DNA of 64,000 nt, taken from assembly GCA_963555985.3 (NCBI GenBank), contig OY820591.1, forward strand, positions 2,688,001 through 2,752,000, written 5' to 3'. Positions 37,341 to 47,233 of the stretch are shown here, piece after piece (position 1 is the first letter of the stretch; each line of letters starts with the position of its first letter). The stretch comes from Dehalococcoidia bacterium. GTDB taxonomy: Bacteria > Chloroflexota > Dehalococcoidia > Bin125. The notes under the pieces were generated by a model, which made no database searches, was not told the origin of the DNA, and worked only from the letters and a program-made list of their open reading frames with translations. The translations under genes were made by a program, and so were the position numbers.

Positions 37341-39065
37341 TCAGAACCCGCGATAGCGGTTGGCGATGGGAAAGCGGCGATCCTTGCCGAAGGCTCGCGG
37401 GGTGATGCGCAGTCCGGGCGCGGCCTGGCGGCGCTTGTATTCGGCCACCGTGACCAGCGACATCACGCGCTTGACATCGGCCTCGTCGAAGCCGGCGGCG
37501 ACGATCTCATCGAGCGAGCGGTCTTCTTCGACGAAGGCCTGGAGGATCGGATCAAGCCGCTCGTAGGGCATCAGGGACTGTTCGTCGAACTGATCGGGTC
37601 GCAGCTCGGCCGAGGGCGGCTTGGTCAGCACCGAGACCGGGATCACTTCGCGGCCGGCGCGCACGTTGGCGTATTCGGAGAGTTGGTAGACGAGCAGCTT
37701 GGGCACGTCCTGGATCACGGCCAGGCCGCCGGTCATGTCGCCGTAGAGGGTGGTGTAGCCGGTTGCGGATTCGCTCTTGTTGCTGGTGGTGAGGACGAGC
37801 GCGCCGGTCTTGTTGGAGAGCGCCATCATCAGCACGCCGCGAATGCGGGCCTGGAGGTTTTCTTCGGTCACGTCCGGTTCGAGGCCCTCGAAGAGCGGGG
37901 CCAGGGTGTCCAGATAGGCCTGATAGGCGGCCTCAATCGGGAGCACGTCGAGGCGGATGCCCAGGTTCTCGGCGAGCGCGCGGGCGTCGGCGACGCTGCC
38001 CTCGGAGGAATAGCGCGAGGGCATGGAGACGCCGCGCACGTGCTCGGGTCCGAGCGCTTCGACGGCGAGCACGGCGGTGATGGTCGAGTCGATCCCGCCT
38101 GAGAGGGCGATCACGACGTCCCTGAAACCCGTCTTGTGTATGTAGTCGCGGGTACCGAGTACGAGCGCTTCGTAGACCTGGGCGACCTCGCTGATCTCGT
38201 CGGCTAGCGGCGGATCACCCGACACTTCTCGCTGACCGGAGTGCTGGCCGGAGACTGAGGCGACCTCTGCATCGGTCTGGGGCAGGCGGCGCAGGCGGGG
38301 ATCGTGGAGGCGGGTCTGGCGGACTTCTTCGACATCGAGGTCAACCGTCAGCAGGTCTTCCTGGAAGAGCGGGGCGCGGGCGAGCAGTTGTCCGCCGGGA
38401 CCGTAGACGGTGCTGCCGCCGTCGAAGATCAGGTGATCCTGACCGCCGACGAGATTGCAGTAGAGGGTGAGGACGGCGTTGTCGGCGGCTCTGGTGGCGA
38501 GCATCTGCTCACGCTGTTTGGCTTTGCCGGCGTGGAAGGGGGAGCCGTTGATGTTGACGATCAGCTCGGCTCCGGCGAGGCACTGATCCTGCATCGGGCC
38601 GGAGGAGTACCAGATGTCCTCGCAGATGGTGACGCCGACGCGGGCGTCGCCGATCTCGAAGAGCTGCACGCCCAGACCGGGGCGAAAGTAGCGGGCCTCG
38701 TCGAAGACGCCGTAATTGGGCAGGTATTGCTTGTGGTAGACGCCGGCCTGTTCGCCGTCGTGGAGGACAGCGGCGGCGTTAAAGATGTCGTGGGCGTAGT
38801 CGACGAAGCCGACGACGGCGGAGACGTGCAACCCGCGCGTGGCTTCGCGGACTTGTTGCAGCGCATCAAGGTTGGCTTCGACGAATCCGCGCCGCAGCAC
38901 GAGGTCTTCGGGCGGGTAGCCGGTCAGAGCGAGTTCGGGGAAGGCGACGAGGTCTGCGCCGAGCGACTCGGCTGCGCGGATGGCTTCGATGATCTTGGCG
39001 GCGTTGCCGTCAAGATCGCCGACGGCGGTGTTGATCTGCGCCAGCGAAACTCGCAGACGTCGCAC
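37341..39065 (-). CDS. nadE: Glutamine-dependent NAD+ synthetase
   Basis: FPEL, YHKQYLPNY, TICEDIW, LSGGIDS, ENLQARIR, NKSE, EYKRRQ. Confidence 0.96.
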   Translation of the reverse strand: MRRLRVSLAQINTAVGDLDGNAAKIIEAIRAAESLGADLVAFPELALTGYPPEDLVLRRGFVEANLDALQQVREATRGLHVSAVVGFVDYAHDIFNAAAVLHDGEQAGVYHKQYLPNYGVFDEARYFRPGLGVQLFEIGDARVGVTICEDIWYSSGPMQDQCLAGAELIVNINGSPFHAGKAKQREQMLATRAADNAVLTLYCNLVGGQDHLIFDGGSTVYGPGGQLLARAPLFQEDLLTVDLDVEEVRQTRLHDPRLRRLPQTDAEVASVSGQHSGQREVSGDPPLADEISEVAQVYEALVLGTRDYIHKTGFRDVVIALSGGIDSTITAVLAVEALGPEHVRGVSMPSRYSSEGSVADARALAENLGIRLDVLPIEAAYQAYLDTLAPLFEGLEPDVTEENLQARIRGVLMMALSNKTGALVLTTSNKSESATGYTTLYGDMTGGLAVIQDVPKLLVYQLSEYANVRAGREVIPVSVLTKPPSAELRPDQFDEQSLMPYERLDPILQAFVEEDRSLDEIVAAGFDEADVKRVMSLVTVAEYKRRQAAPGLRITPRAFGKDRRFPIANRYRGF

Positions 39066-39152
39066 GGTTCTCTCCTCGATCGCAGCGACGGAGCTCGGCA
39101 GATGCAGATTACCGCACTGCCTTGAGTGGGCTTGGACTCATACACTCGATGG

Positions 39153-40091
39153 GTGTCGTCTTCCGCGAGTTTGCCTGCTGAATTGCTCGAGGCCAGTTTT
39201 CACTGGCCCGGTGGTCGCGGCGTGGACGAAATCAGCCTCAGTCTCGAACGCGGGGAGACGGTCACGCTGCTGGGTCCGAACGGAGCGGGGAAGTCGACGG
39301 CGCTGAAGCTGCTCAGCGGCGAGATTACGCCGCAGCACGGTTCCGTGCGCGTCTTCGGGGAGTCTCACAGCGCGAATGTGCGGCGGCGGATCGGGTTGGT
39401 GCTGCAAGAGCCGAGCACCGACGATCTGATGTCGCTTGCGGAGACGTTGGAGTTGCATGGGCGACTGTTCGGTCTGCGCGGGCGTGAGTTGCGGCGTCGC
39501 TGCGGGGAGTTGTTGGACTCGCTTGGTCTTGCGGAGCGGGCCAACGACCGCTGCGAGACACTGTCCGGGGGTCTGAGAAGGCGGCTGGACCTGGCGCGAG
39601 CGCTGCTGCATGAGCCGAGCCTGCTGTTGCTGGACGAGCCGACGCTTGCGCTCGATCCGGAGTCGAGCGCGGCGATCTGGCGGACGCTGGGTGAGCGGAC
39701 AGAGGCGGGGGCGGCGATTGTGGTTTGCTCGAACGACACGAGTGAAGCGGAAGCACATTCGGATCGGGTGATCATCATCGATGAAGGCCGGATCGCCGCT
39801 CAGGGCACGCCGGCCCAACTCACCGCTGATCTCCGCAGCGACGCGCTTGAGCTTGAGTGGCCCAGCCCCGATGACGCGCACCTGGCCGAAATCTCAAGCT
39901 GGAACGATGTGGGGCAGCTCCTCTACTCGGCTCCAACTCTGCACCTGACGGTCGATAGCGCAGCCGACTTCGTGCCGCGCTTGTTCCAGCGCCATGGGGA
40001 GCGGATTCGCGGGATTCGGATTCACGAATCCAGTCTGCGCGATGCCTGGTTCCAGATCGTCGGGCATCCGCTGAACGGCGGTGACTCGTGA
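39153..40091 (+). CDS. ABC-2 type exporter ATP-binding subunit
   Basis: GPNGAGKST, LSGG, LLLLDEPT; start GTG 39153 inferred from TACACT-N6. Confidence 0.88.
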   Translation: MSSSASLPAELLEASFHWPGGRGVDEISLSLERGETVTLLGPNGAGKSTALKLLSGEITPQHGSVRVFGESHSANVRRRIGLVLQEPSTDDLMSLAETLELHGRLFGLRGRELRRRCGELLDSLGLAERANDRCETLSGGLRRRLDLARALLHEPSLLLLDEPTLALDPESSAAIWRTLGERTEAGAAIVVCSNDTSEAEAHSDRVIIIDEGRIAAQGTPAQLTADLRSDALELEWPSPDDAHLAEISSWNDVGQLLYSAPTLHLTVDSAADFVPRLFQRHGERIRGIRIHESSLRDAWFQIVGHPLNGGDS

Positions 40092-40891
40092 TCGCGCAGG
40101 CGGTCTCCGCGACCGACGCCGCCATCGCGCTGATGATGCGCGATCTGCGGGCGGTGGCGCGCTCGCGCTCGCAGTTGTACTCGTCGCTGCTGTTCCCGCT
40201 GATGCTGCTGGCGCTGCTCGGCACGGGCGTATCGAGCGGACTGCATCCGACCTCGGAGCGGATTGTGGACGGCGATTACACCTCGTTCCTCGCGCCCGGG
40301 ATGATCGCGATGACGGCGTTGTTCTCCTCCACGTTCTCCAGCGCGGGCTTCTACCGCGACCGTGAGAGCGGGTTGCTGCGGGCGCTGCTGGCGTCGCCGC
40401 ACAGCGCACAGACGATCCTGTTCGGTAAGGCGCTGGGCGCGATCCTGATCGGTTCGCTGCAAGCGCTGGCCGTGCTAGTGCTGGCAGTGGTGATTCCGGG
40501 GATCGATCTGGCCTGGCAATTCGGCTGGCTGGGCGGGGTCGCGGTGGTCGTGGTCACGGTGCTTGGCTTCAACTTCATGCTCTCCGGGATCGCGCTACTG
40601 CTGGCGGTACGGATCAAGACGATGCAGGGCTTTCACCTGGTGATGAACATCGTGCTGATGCCGCTGTTCTTTCTCAGCGGGGCGTTCTTTCCACTTGACG
40701 ACGTTCCCACCTGGTTGCAGGTGATCGCCTACATCAATCCGATTACCTACGCGGTCGATCTGCTGCATTACGCCTCCTACGCGCCGAGCTCGGAGGGTCT
40801 GATCGGGCCGCTGATCGACGGGATCGTGCTGGGGGCGCTGGCGCTTGGCTTGTTTGCGTTCGGCTTGCGCCGCGCGCCCAGCGCGGTGTGA
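40088..40891 (+). CDS. ABC-2 type permease
   Basis: 6 TM; YTSFLAPG, FLSGAFFP, NPITYAVD; GTGA overlap. Confidence 0.9.
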   Translation: MIAQAVSATDAAIALMMRDLRAVARSRSQLYSSLLFPLMLLALLGTGVSSGLHPTSERIVDGDYTSFLAPGMIAMTALFSSTFSSAGFYRDRESGLLRALLASPHSAQTILFGKALGAILIGSLQALAVLVLAVVIPGIDLAWQFGWLGGVAVVVVTVLGFNFMLSGIALLLAVRIKTMQGFHLVMNIVLMPLFFLSGAFFPLDDVPTWLQVIAYINPITYAVDLLHYASYAPSSEGLIGPLIDGIVLGALALGLFAFGLRRAPSAV

Positions 40892-40901
40892 GGCCGCGGC
40901 G

Positions 40902-41759
40902 ATGCGCACGGTTGCAATTTTGGTTCTGGTGGTCGCGATCTGGCTGGCGGCCTGCGGCGGGGACGATGATCGCGTGATTCTCTCGGAGGCGGATGCGCCC
41001 TTTGTGCCGGTGCTGGAGTCGTCGGAGCTCGCAGTCGGGGACTCGCGGATCGTGCTGACGCTGCTGGATCGCGATGCGCAGCCGTCGTTCTCGCCGGAGA
41101 CCACGTTTCGGGCGCGCCTCTTCGAGCCAACCGAAGGCGGTACCCGCTTCCGAACCGAAGTGGAGTTGGAAGCGATCGCGGTTGGCGATGAGACCTATTA
41201 CGTCGGGCGGGGCGTCCCCTTCGATCAGGCGGGGGAGTGGGCATTGGCTGTGACTGCGGCGTTTACGGACGGTTCAGCGCAGAGTTCGCCGCGGCTGCCG
41301 TTCAGGGTTGCCGCTGATTCGAGTGCGCCTGCGGGCGGGGAGGCGGTGCCCGCGCTGCCGACGCCCACGCTTGCCGACGCTCCGATTGAGCGGCTGAGCG
41401 GTGATCCTGAGCCGCTGTTGGCGCTGTACGAACGGTCGGTGGACGAATTACTTGGCAGCGGCGAGCGATTTCTGATCGTGTTCGCTACCTATGACCGTTG
41501 CGCGGGGCGTCCGGTCTGCGCGCGCGCGGTGGAGCAAGCGAAGCGGATCGCCGAAGCGACCGATCTGACGGTGATCCATGTCGAACCGTTCGGGCGGCAG
41601 CAACCGCCGGAGCATCAGGCGATCGTTGATGCGGTGGTGGAGTCGTGGGGGATTCGGGTGGAGCCGTTGTTCTTTGTCGTTGACGGTGCGGGTCTGGTTT
41701 CGAGTCAATTTGCGATTGCGGCGACGGAGACCGAGCTCGGGGCGGCGGTAGAACGCTGA
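40902..41759 (+). CDS. Lipoprotein with C-terminal thioredoxin-like domain
   Basis: Lipobox LAAC; FAT...CAGRPVC, IHVEP, EPLFFVVDGAG. Confidence 0.7.
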   Translation: MRTVAILVLVVAIWLAACGGDDDRVILSEADAPFVPVLESSELAVGDSRIVLTLLDRDAQPSFSPETTFRARLFEPTEGGTRFRTEVELEAIAVGDETYYVGRGVPFDQAGEWALAVTAAFTDGSAQSSPRLPFRVAADSSAPAGGEAVPALPTPTLADAPIERLSGDPEPLLALYERSVDELLGSGERFLIVFATYDRCAGRPVCARAVEQAKRIAEATDLTVIHVEPFGRQQPPEHQAIVDAVVESWGIRVEPLFFVVDGAGLVSSQFAIAATETELGAAVER

Positions 41760-41762
41760 GCG

Positions 41763-42689
41763 CTAGACCAGCACGTCTAGTCCGACGGCGGTGAAGATGA
41801 TGAACAGGTAGAAGATTGAGTAGAAGAACAGGCGCATCGGCTCGGTTTGGCCTCGCCAGACTCTCCAGGCGATCAGGATGAAGACGGCTCCGCTGATGGC
41901 GGCGGTGGTCTCGTAGCACCAGCTGAGGTGGCCTCCGAGCGGGCCGAGCAGGGTGAGCGCGACCAGACCGATCGAGTAGAGCAGGAGTTGGCGGCGGGTC
42001 TCGGCCTCGCCGGCGACGACCGGGAGCATGGGCACATCGGCGCGGGCGTAGTCGTCGCGGTATTTGAGCGCGAGCGCCCAGAAGTGGGGAGGCGTCCACA
42101 TGAAGATGATCAGGAAGAGGATCAGCGGCGTCCAGGTCAGTTCGCCGGTGACGGCGGCCCAGCCGACCAGGGGCGGCATCGCTCCCGCTGCGCCGCCGAT
42201 GACGATGTTCTGGCGAGTCCGGCGTTTGAGCCAGATCGTGTAGACGAGCACGTAGAAGGCGACTGCGGCCTCGGCCAAGAGCGCCGAGAGCAGGTTGACG
42301 GTCAAGGCGAGCTGGACTCCGCCTAGGGCGGCGAGAAGCAAGCCCCAGACCAGCGCGTGCCAGGGCTGCAAGAGGCCGGCGGGGAGCGGGCGAGCGGCGG
42401 TGCGCTCCATCAGGCTGTCGATGTCGCGGTCGAACCATTGATTGAGGGTGTTGGCGCCGCCGGCGGTGAGAATGCCGCCTAAGAGTGTGAGCGCGATCAG
42501 ATCGAGCCCCGGCCAGCCGTCGGCGGCGACGACCATCGTGGGCAGCGTCGTGATCAGCAGCAGTTGGATGATGCCGGGCTTCATCAAGTCCCAGAACGCG
42601 CGCGCGGTGACCCACCAGGCACGCCAGGGCGCAGCGTGCGTTCGGATGGATGCGCCGCTCGCGCTGCTGCGGATGGCCCGTTCAGTCAT
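41763..42689 (-). CDS. ctaB: Protoheme IX farnesyltransferase
   Basis: DRDIDSLMERTAARP, NIVIGGAAGA, WTPPHFWAL. Confidence 0.95.
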   Translation of the reverse strand: MTERAIRSSASGASIRTHAAPWRAWWVTARAFWDLMKPGIIQLLLITTLPTMVVAADGWPGLDLIALTLLGGILTAGGANTLNQWFDRDIDSLMERTAARPLPAGLLQPWHALVWGLLLAALGGVQLALTVNLLSALLAEAAVAFYVLVYTIWLKRRTRQNIVIGGAAGAMPPLVGWAAVTGELTWTPLILFLIIFMWTPPHFWALALKYRDDYARADVPMLPVVAGEAETRRQLLLYSIGLVALTLLGPLGGHLSWCYETTAAISGAVFILIAWRVWRGQTEPMRLFFYSIFYLFIIFTAVGLDVLV

Positions 42690-43728
42690 ACTGCGTTTCG
42701 CCTTTGCCGCTCAGTATCGCGTCCGGTGGCGTTTCAAGCTCTTCGGTCGCCGAGTCCTGCTCAGTCGCGCGATAGAGGGCAACTGCGGCGGCGGCGGCGA
42801 TCAGCGTCCAGGTGAGCGCGCCGGCGGACAAATGCAGCGCTCTCAGCCAAGCGTCGAACTCGAGCCGGATCATCTCTGCGCCCAGCACGATCTGGCCCAG
42901 AAAGAGCGCCGCGCCTGCGTGCGTGAACATGGTTGTCGCCCGTGAGCGCGGTCGCAGCATGACCACGCCCAGCGACGCCGCAAAGACCGCCGCTCCCGCT
43001 GCCACGACCAGCAGGCGATGCGACATATTCCAACGTGCATAGGTGCCGACCGGCCAGAGGTCGCCGTGGCACAAGGGCCACTGCCGCCAACAGGCGCCGC
43101 CGCCGGGGCCGACATGCGCTCCCGCCTCCGGCTTGACATCGATGTGGGTGACATATGAACCGATCACCACTACTACCAGCATCAAGACGGCCGCCGTGAG
43201 CGCCAAACCAGCAAAACGCCGCGCCTGCGAGGCGGAGTTGACTCCCAGCCGAGCCTGCTCGGACGAGGGCGTCCAACCCCACTCGAACATGCCCAGCCAG
43301 GAGGCGGTCATCAGCATCGTGATCAGCATCGCGGTGGCCAGATGCGCGGTCACGATCTCGTCTTCGAGCCGCTCGGTCACGGTCAGGCCGCCGAGAATGA
43401 CCTGCACCGCGAGCAGCGCGACCGCCAGCGCGGCCGGCAGCCAGACGCGCGTCCGCTGCCGCCAACGGCGCAGCGTGTAGATGGCGAAGCCGATGATCAC
43501 AAAGCCCATCAGCATCGCTACCAGGCGGTGAGTCCACTCCAGCCAGACTTGGTAGGGCGCGTGCTCGCCAAAGTCGCCGCTCGGGAAGACGCGGCCGTAG
43601 CAGCCCGGCCAATCGGGACAGGCGAGGCCGGAATCGGTCACACGCACGACTCCGCCCAGCGTCGTCAACGCCAGCAGGCCAACGATGATCCCCAGTCCCA
43701 GCCACTGCGCGCGCGTCATCGATAACAT
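42682..43728 (-). CDS. ctaA: Heme A synthase
   Basis: GLACPDWPGC, EWTHR, WPLC, HR, LH. Confidence 0.92.
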   Translation of the reverse strand: MLSMTRAQWLGLGIIVGLLALTTLGGVVRVTDSGLACPDWPGCYGRVFPSGDFGEHAPYQVWLEWTHRLVAMLMGFVIIGFAIYTLRRWRQRTRVWLPAALAVALLAVQVILGGLTVTERLEDEIVTAHLATAMLITMLMTASWLGMFEWGWTPSSEQARLGVNSASQARRFAGLALTAAVLMLVVVVIGSYVTHIDVKPEAGAHVGPGGGACWRQWPLCHGDLWPVGTYARWNMSHRLLVVAAGAAVFAASLGVVMLRPRSRATTMFTHAGAALFLGQIVLGAEMIRLEFDAWLRALHLSAGALTWTLIAAAAAVALYRATEQDSATEELETPPDAILSGKGETQYD

Positions 43729-43798
43729 CGGCGCTCTCTCGACTGTCTCACAACGTTCAGCGTCGCCCGCAGAGGCGCGGCCGTCAATGCGGTGCGTC

Positions 43799-44791
43799 TC
43801 AGCGATCGCCCGGGCGTGTGCCCAGTGTGTCAATCTCACCGTGCACGCGCAGTTGCATATCGCGCACGGTGTCGCTCTGGCGTCCCTTGAAACCCTCGCG
43901 CTCGGCCCAGTAGTAGACGGTGACGACGATCGCGATCGCAAACATCATCGAGCCCGGCACCCACATGATGCCTGCGCCGATGCGCTGGTCGGTCAGCGCG
44001 GAGGGTCCCCACTCGCGCAGCGCTGCGGCGGTCGAATAGGTCTCGTAGACCGCCTCGCCCACGTTGGTCAGAATCAGCCCCAAGCCGATGTTCTGCAACA
44101 CCGCCACCACTAAGAGGGCGCAACGCCAGACGTGATGCGGCCTGAGTTTGGTGGCGTCTACGCCGATCACCAGCCACCAGAAGAGCACCGCGCCAAGCAG
44201 GAAGACGCCGTGCTCGACGAAGTGCAGGGCCTCGCTGGCAATGGCGGCGTCGTAGGCGGCGGGTAGATGCCAGAGCCAGATCCCGGCGACGAAGATGAGG
44301 ATCGCGACCGGCGGAAAGGTGAGGAACCAGACCAGGCGGCTGTTGAGCAGCGGGACCAGGTAGGTTTCGCGCACACGCGGACTGGCGGCGCGGAGCGCGA
44401 GCGTGGCGGGCGCGCCTAGGAGCATCAGCGGCGCGACGACCATCGTGATCAGCACGTGCTGGAGCATATGCACCCAGAAGAGGTCGTCGGAGTAGGTGTC
44501 GACCGGCGAGGTGAGGCCGATCAGCATGAAGAACCAACCGGCCCAGAAGCACCAGGCGTGCCAGCGGGGAAAGTGGAAGTTGGGCGAGTCGCGGCGCAGG
44601 CGAATGTAGGCCCAGCCGTAGAGTCCGCCGACGAGTAGGACTAGGGCCAAGCCGGGCGCGTCCACCTGCCAGACGCCGAGGGCGCTGAGGATGTCGCCGG
44701 ATTCGGCCGCGGAGCCGTCGTGGGCGAGCACGGCCGCCGGTAGACCGGCGCCGGCTACGGCGGCGAACAACAGAAGCAGGCGACGTCGCAT
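43799..44791 (-). CDS. ctaG: caa3-type cytochrome c oxidase assembly factor
   Basis: HMLQH, WHLP, HFVEH, DQRIGAGIMW. Confidence 0.9.
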   Translation of the reverse strand: MRRRLLLLFAAVAGAGLPAAVLAHDGSAAESGDILSALGVWQVDAPGLALVLLVGGLYGWAYIRLRRDSPNFHFPRWHAWCFWAGWFFMLIGLTSPVDTYSDDLFWVHMLQHVLITMVVAPLMLLGAPATLALRAASPRVRETYLVPLLNSRLVWFLTFPPVAILIFVAGIWLWHLPAAYDAAIASEALHFVEHGVFLLGAVLFWWLVIGVDATKLRPHHVWRCALLVVAVLQNIGLGLILTNVGEAVYETYSTAAALREWGPSALTDQRIGAGIMWVPGSMMFAIAIVVTVYYWAEREGFKGRQSDTVRDMQLRVHGEIDTLGTRPGDR

Positions 44792-44829
44792 CACGCCTAT
44801 CGCAACTCGCCCGCCCGGCAACGGGGCGC

Positions 44830-45450
44830 TCAGCTCAGGAAGAAGACGAGCGGGAAGATCACCAGCAGCCAGACGAAGCCGACGAAGTGCCAGTAGAGCG
44901 TGGCTGCCTCAATCGCGGTGTTCCGCTTCGCGTCGAAGTGTCCTAACAGCCCCCGCAGCCACTGGGCGAAGATGAAGACCAGGCCGCCGATCACGTGCGC
45001 GCCGTGGAAGCCGGTGAGGGTGTAGAAGGTGGCCGCGTAGGGACCGTCGGAGATGCCGAAACCGGCATGGCTCCACTCGAAGTACTGATTGATGATGAAG
45101 GCAGTGCCGATCACGAGCACAATGCCCATGTAGATCAGCATCGCCCGGCGGTTGCCCTTGCGAATCGAGAAGGCGGCGAGCTGCATCGGGATACTGGTCG
45201 AGACCAGCAGCACGGTGAACAGGATCGGCAGTACGTGGTCGCCCTCGACGCGGTGCGCGCCGTTGGTCGGTTCCCAGAACAGGGTGTCGCTGTGCAGCGC
45301 GAGCATGGCGGCAATCAGGCCGGAGAAGAACATGATCTCCGAGAAGATGAAGAAGATGATCCCCCAGAGGCCGGTAGTCATCGGCTCGTCGCCGACGAGG
45401 AAGCTGCGAACAGGGTGGACTCGCTTGGGAGTCAGTGCGTCGGCGGCCAT
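44830..45450 (-). CDS. ctaE: Cytochrome c oxidase subunit III (short form)
   Basis: FSEIMFF, TGFHGAHV, YWHFV. Confidence 0.93.
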   Translation of the reverse strand: MAADALTPKRVHPVRSFLVGDEPMTTGLWGIIFFIFSEIMFFSGLIAAMLALHSDTLFWEPTNGAHRVEGDHVLPILFTVLLVSTSIPMQLAAFSIRKGNRRAMLIYMGIVLVIGTAFIINQYFEWSHAGFGISDGPYAATFYTLTGFHGAHVIGGLVFIFAQWLRGLLGHFDAKRNTAIEAATLYWHFVGFVWLLVIFPLVFFLS

Positions 45451-45452
45451 CG

Positions 45453-47189
45453 CTAGCCCTCCTCCCGAGCGGAGGCAGTAGGCGCTTTCGCGCCGCCTCC
45501 GCCGTTGTGTCCGTTGCCATTTGCGATGTGGTAGTGCGGGTCGTCACCGAGCCGCTCGCCGAAGCGGAGGTCGAACAGCGGCCGCTCGGAGCGAACCTCC
45601 GGCAGTGAGTCGAAGTTGTGCGGCGGCGGCGGTGAGGTCGTCGCCCACTCCAGCGTCGTGCCTTCCCACGGGTCGGACCCGGCCTTTTCGCCCCACTTGA
45701 GCGAGTAGAAGACGTTGTAGAGGAAGACCATCATCCCGGCTGCGGAGACGAACGCGCCGATCGTAGTCAGCATGTTCATCAGCTCCCAGCCGGGGTTGGC
45801 GACGTAGTCGTTGATCCGGCGGGGCATCCCATCAAGCCCGAGCAGGAGCTGGGTGAAGAAGATCAGGTTGACGCCGATGAACAGCAGCCAGAAGTGGAGC
45901 TTGCCCAAGCCCTCGTTCATGAACTTGCCGAACATCTTCGGGAACCAGTAGTAACAGCCGGCGAGGAAGCCGAAGGTCGCGGCGATTGACATCGTGTAGT
46001 GGAAGTGTCCGACCACGAAGTAGGTGTCGTGGAGGGCGAAGTCGACCGGTACGGCGGCGTGGAAGACACCGGTGATGCCGCCGATCAGGAAGAGCATCAG
46101 GAAGCCGACGCTGAACAGCATCGCAGTGGGGAAGATGTTGGAACCGCGCCACATGGTGGCGATCCAGTTGAACATCTTCACGCCGGTGGGTACCGCGATC
46201 AGGAAGGTCGCGCCCATGAAGAAGGGCAGGAAGACGCCGCCGGTGGTGAACATGTGGTGCGCCCAGACGATGAATCCGAGCAGCCCGATTGCGACCAGCG
46301 CCAGCACCATCGAGCGGTAACCGAAGACCGGGCGGCGCGTGAACACCCCGAAGACGTCGGAGACGATCCCCATCGCGGGCAAGATCATGATGTAGACGGC
46401 GGGGTGCGAGTAGAACCAGAAGAGATTCTGCCAGAGCAGCGGCTGTCCGCCTGCGGACGGCTCGAAGAAGGCGCCTCCGGCTCCGTTGCGGTCAATGAAG
46501 CCCAGCACCAGCGCGGCGGCCAGCACCGGGGTCGAGAGCAGGATCAGCAGACCGGTGACCAACGTCGTCCAGGTGAACAACGGCAATCGCCACATGGTCA
46601 TGCCGGGCGCGCGCATCTTGAAGATCGTGACCAAGAAGTTGATCGAGCCGAAGATCGAGGCCTGGCCTAACAAGATCACGCCGACGAGCCACATGTCCAT
46701 GCCCGCGCCGGGCGGTTCGGCGTTGGGGCCGCTGTCAATCGTGATCGGCGGGTAGGCCGTCCAACCGGCGGAGGCGGTGCCGCCTTCGACCGCAAAGGAC
46801 ATTGCCAACAGCACGCCGCCGAAGAAAAAGATCCAGAACGAGAGCGCGTTGATGCGCGGGAAGGCCATATCCAGCGCCCCGATCTGGAGCGGCATGGAGT
46901 AGTTCATGAAGGCCGCGCCGATGGGCAGCAGGAAGAGGAAGATCATCACGCTGCCGTGCATCGTGAAGATCGAGTTGTAGGTCTCCGCCGAAATGATCGT
47001 CCCGGCCTCTGCCAACTCCGTTCGTATCACCAGCGAGAACGCCATCCCGACGAGCCCGAACGCGCCCGCCGTCCAGAGGTACATGATCCCGATCTTCTTG
47101 TGGTCAACGGTCGTCAGCCACTCGAGGATGATGCGCCAGACGTTCGCGCCGGCATAGGGCGCTGCCTGTGCTCCCGCCAGAGTCGCCAT
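45453..47189 (-). CDS. ctaD: Cytochrome c oxidase subunit I
   Basis: DHKKIG, HGSVM, WFYSHPAVY, WAHHMF, VGHFHY, GMPRR. Confidence 0.97.
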   Translation of the reverse strand: MATLAGAQAAPYAGANVWRIILEWLTTVDHKKIGIMYLWTAGAFGLVGMAFSLVIRTELAEAGTIISAETYNSIFTMHGSVMIFLFLLPIGAAFMNYSMPLQIGALDMAFPRINALSFWIFFFGGVLLAMSFAVEGGTASAGWTAYPPITIDSGPNAEPPGAGMDMWLVGVILLGQASIFGSINFLVTIFKMRAPGMTMWRLPLFTWTTLVTGLLILLSTPVLAAALVLGFIDRNGAGGAFFEPSAGGQPLLWQNLFWFYSHPAVYIMILPAMGIVSDVFGVFTRRPVFGYRSMVLALVAIGLLGFIVWAHHMFTTGGVFLPFFMGATFLIAVPTGVKMFNWIATMWRGSNIFPTAMLFSVGFLMLFLIGGITGVFHAAVPVDFALHDTYFVVGHFHYTMSIAATFGFLAGCYYWFPKMFGKFMNEGLGKLHFWLLFIGVNLIFFTQLLLGLDGMPRRINDYVANPGWELMNMLTTIGAFVSAAGMMVFLYNVFYSLKWGEKAGSDPWEGTTLEWATTSPPPPHNFDSLPEVRSERPLFDLRFGERLGDDPHYHIANGNGHNGGGGAKAPTASAREEG

Positions 47190-47233
47190 CGTTCGTCCTC
47201 CCTACAGCGTCGTCGCAGTTCGCGGCGGACGGC

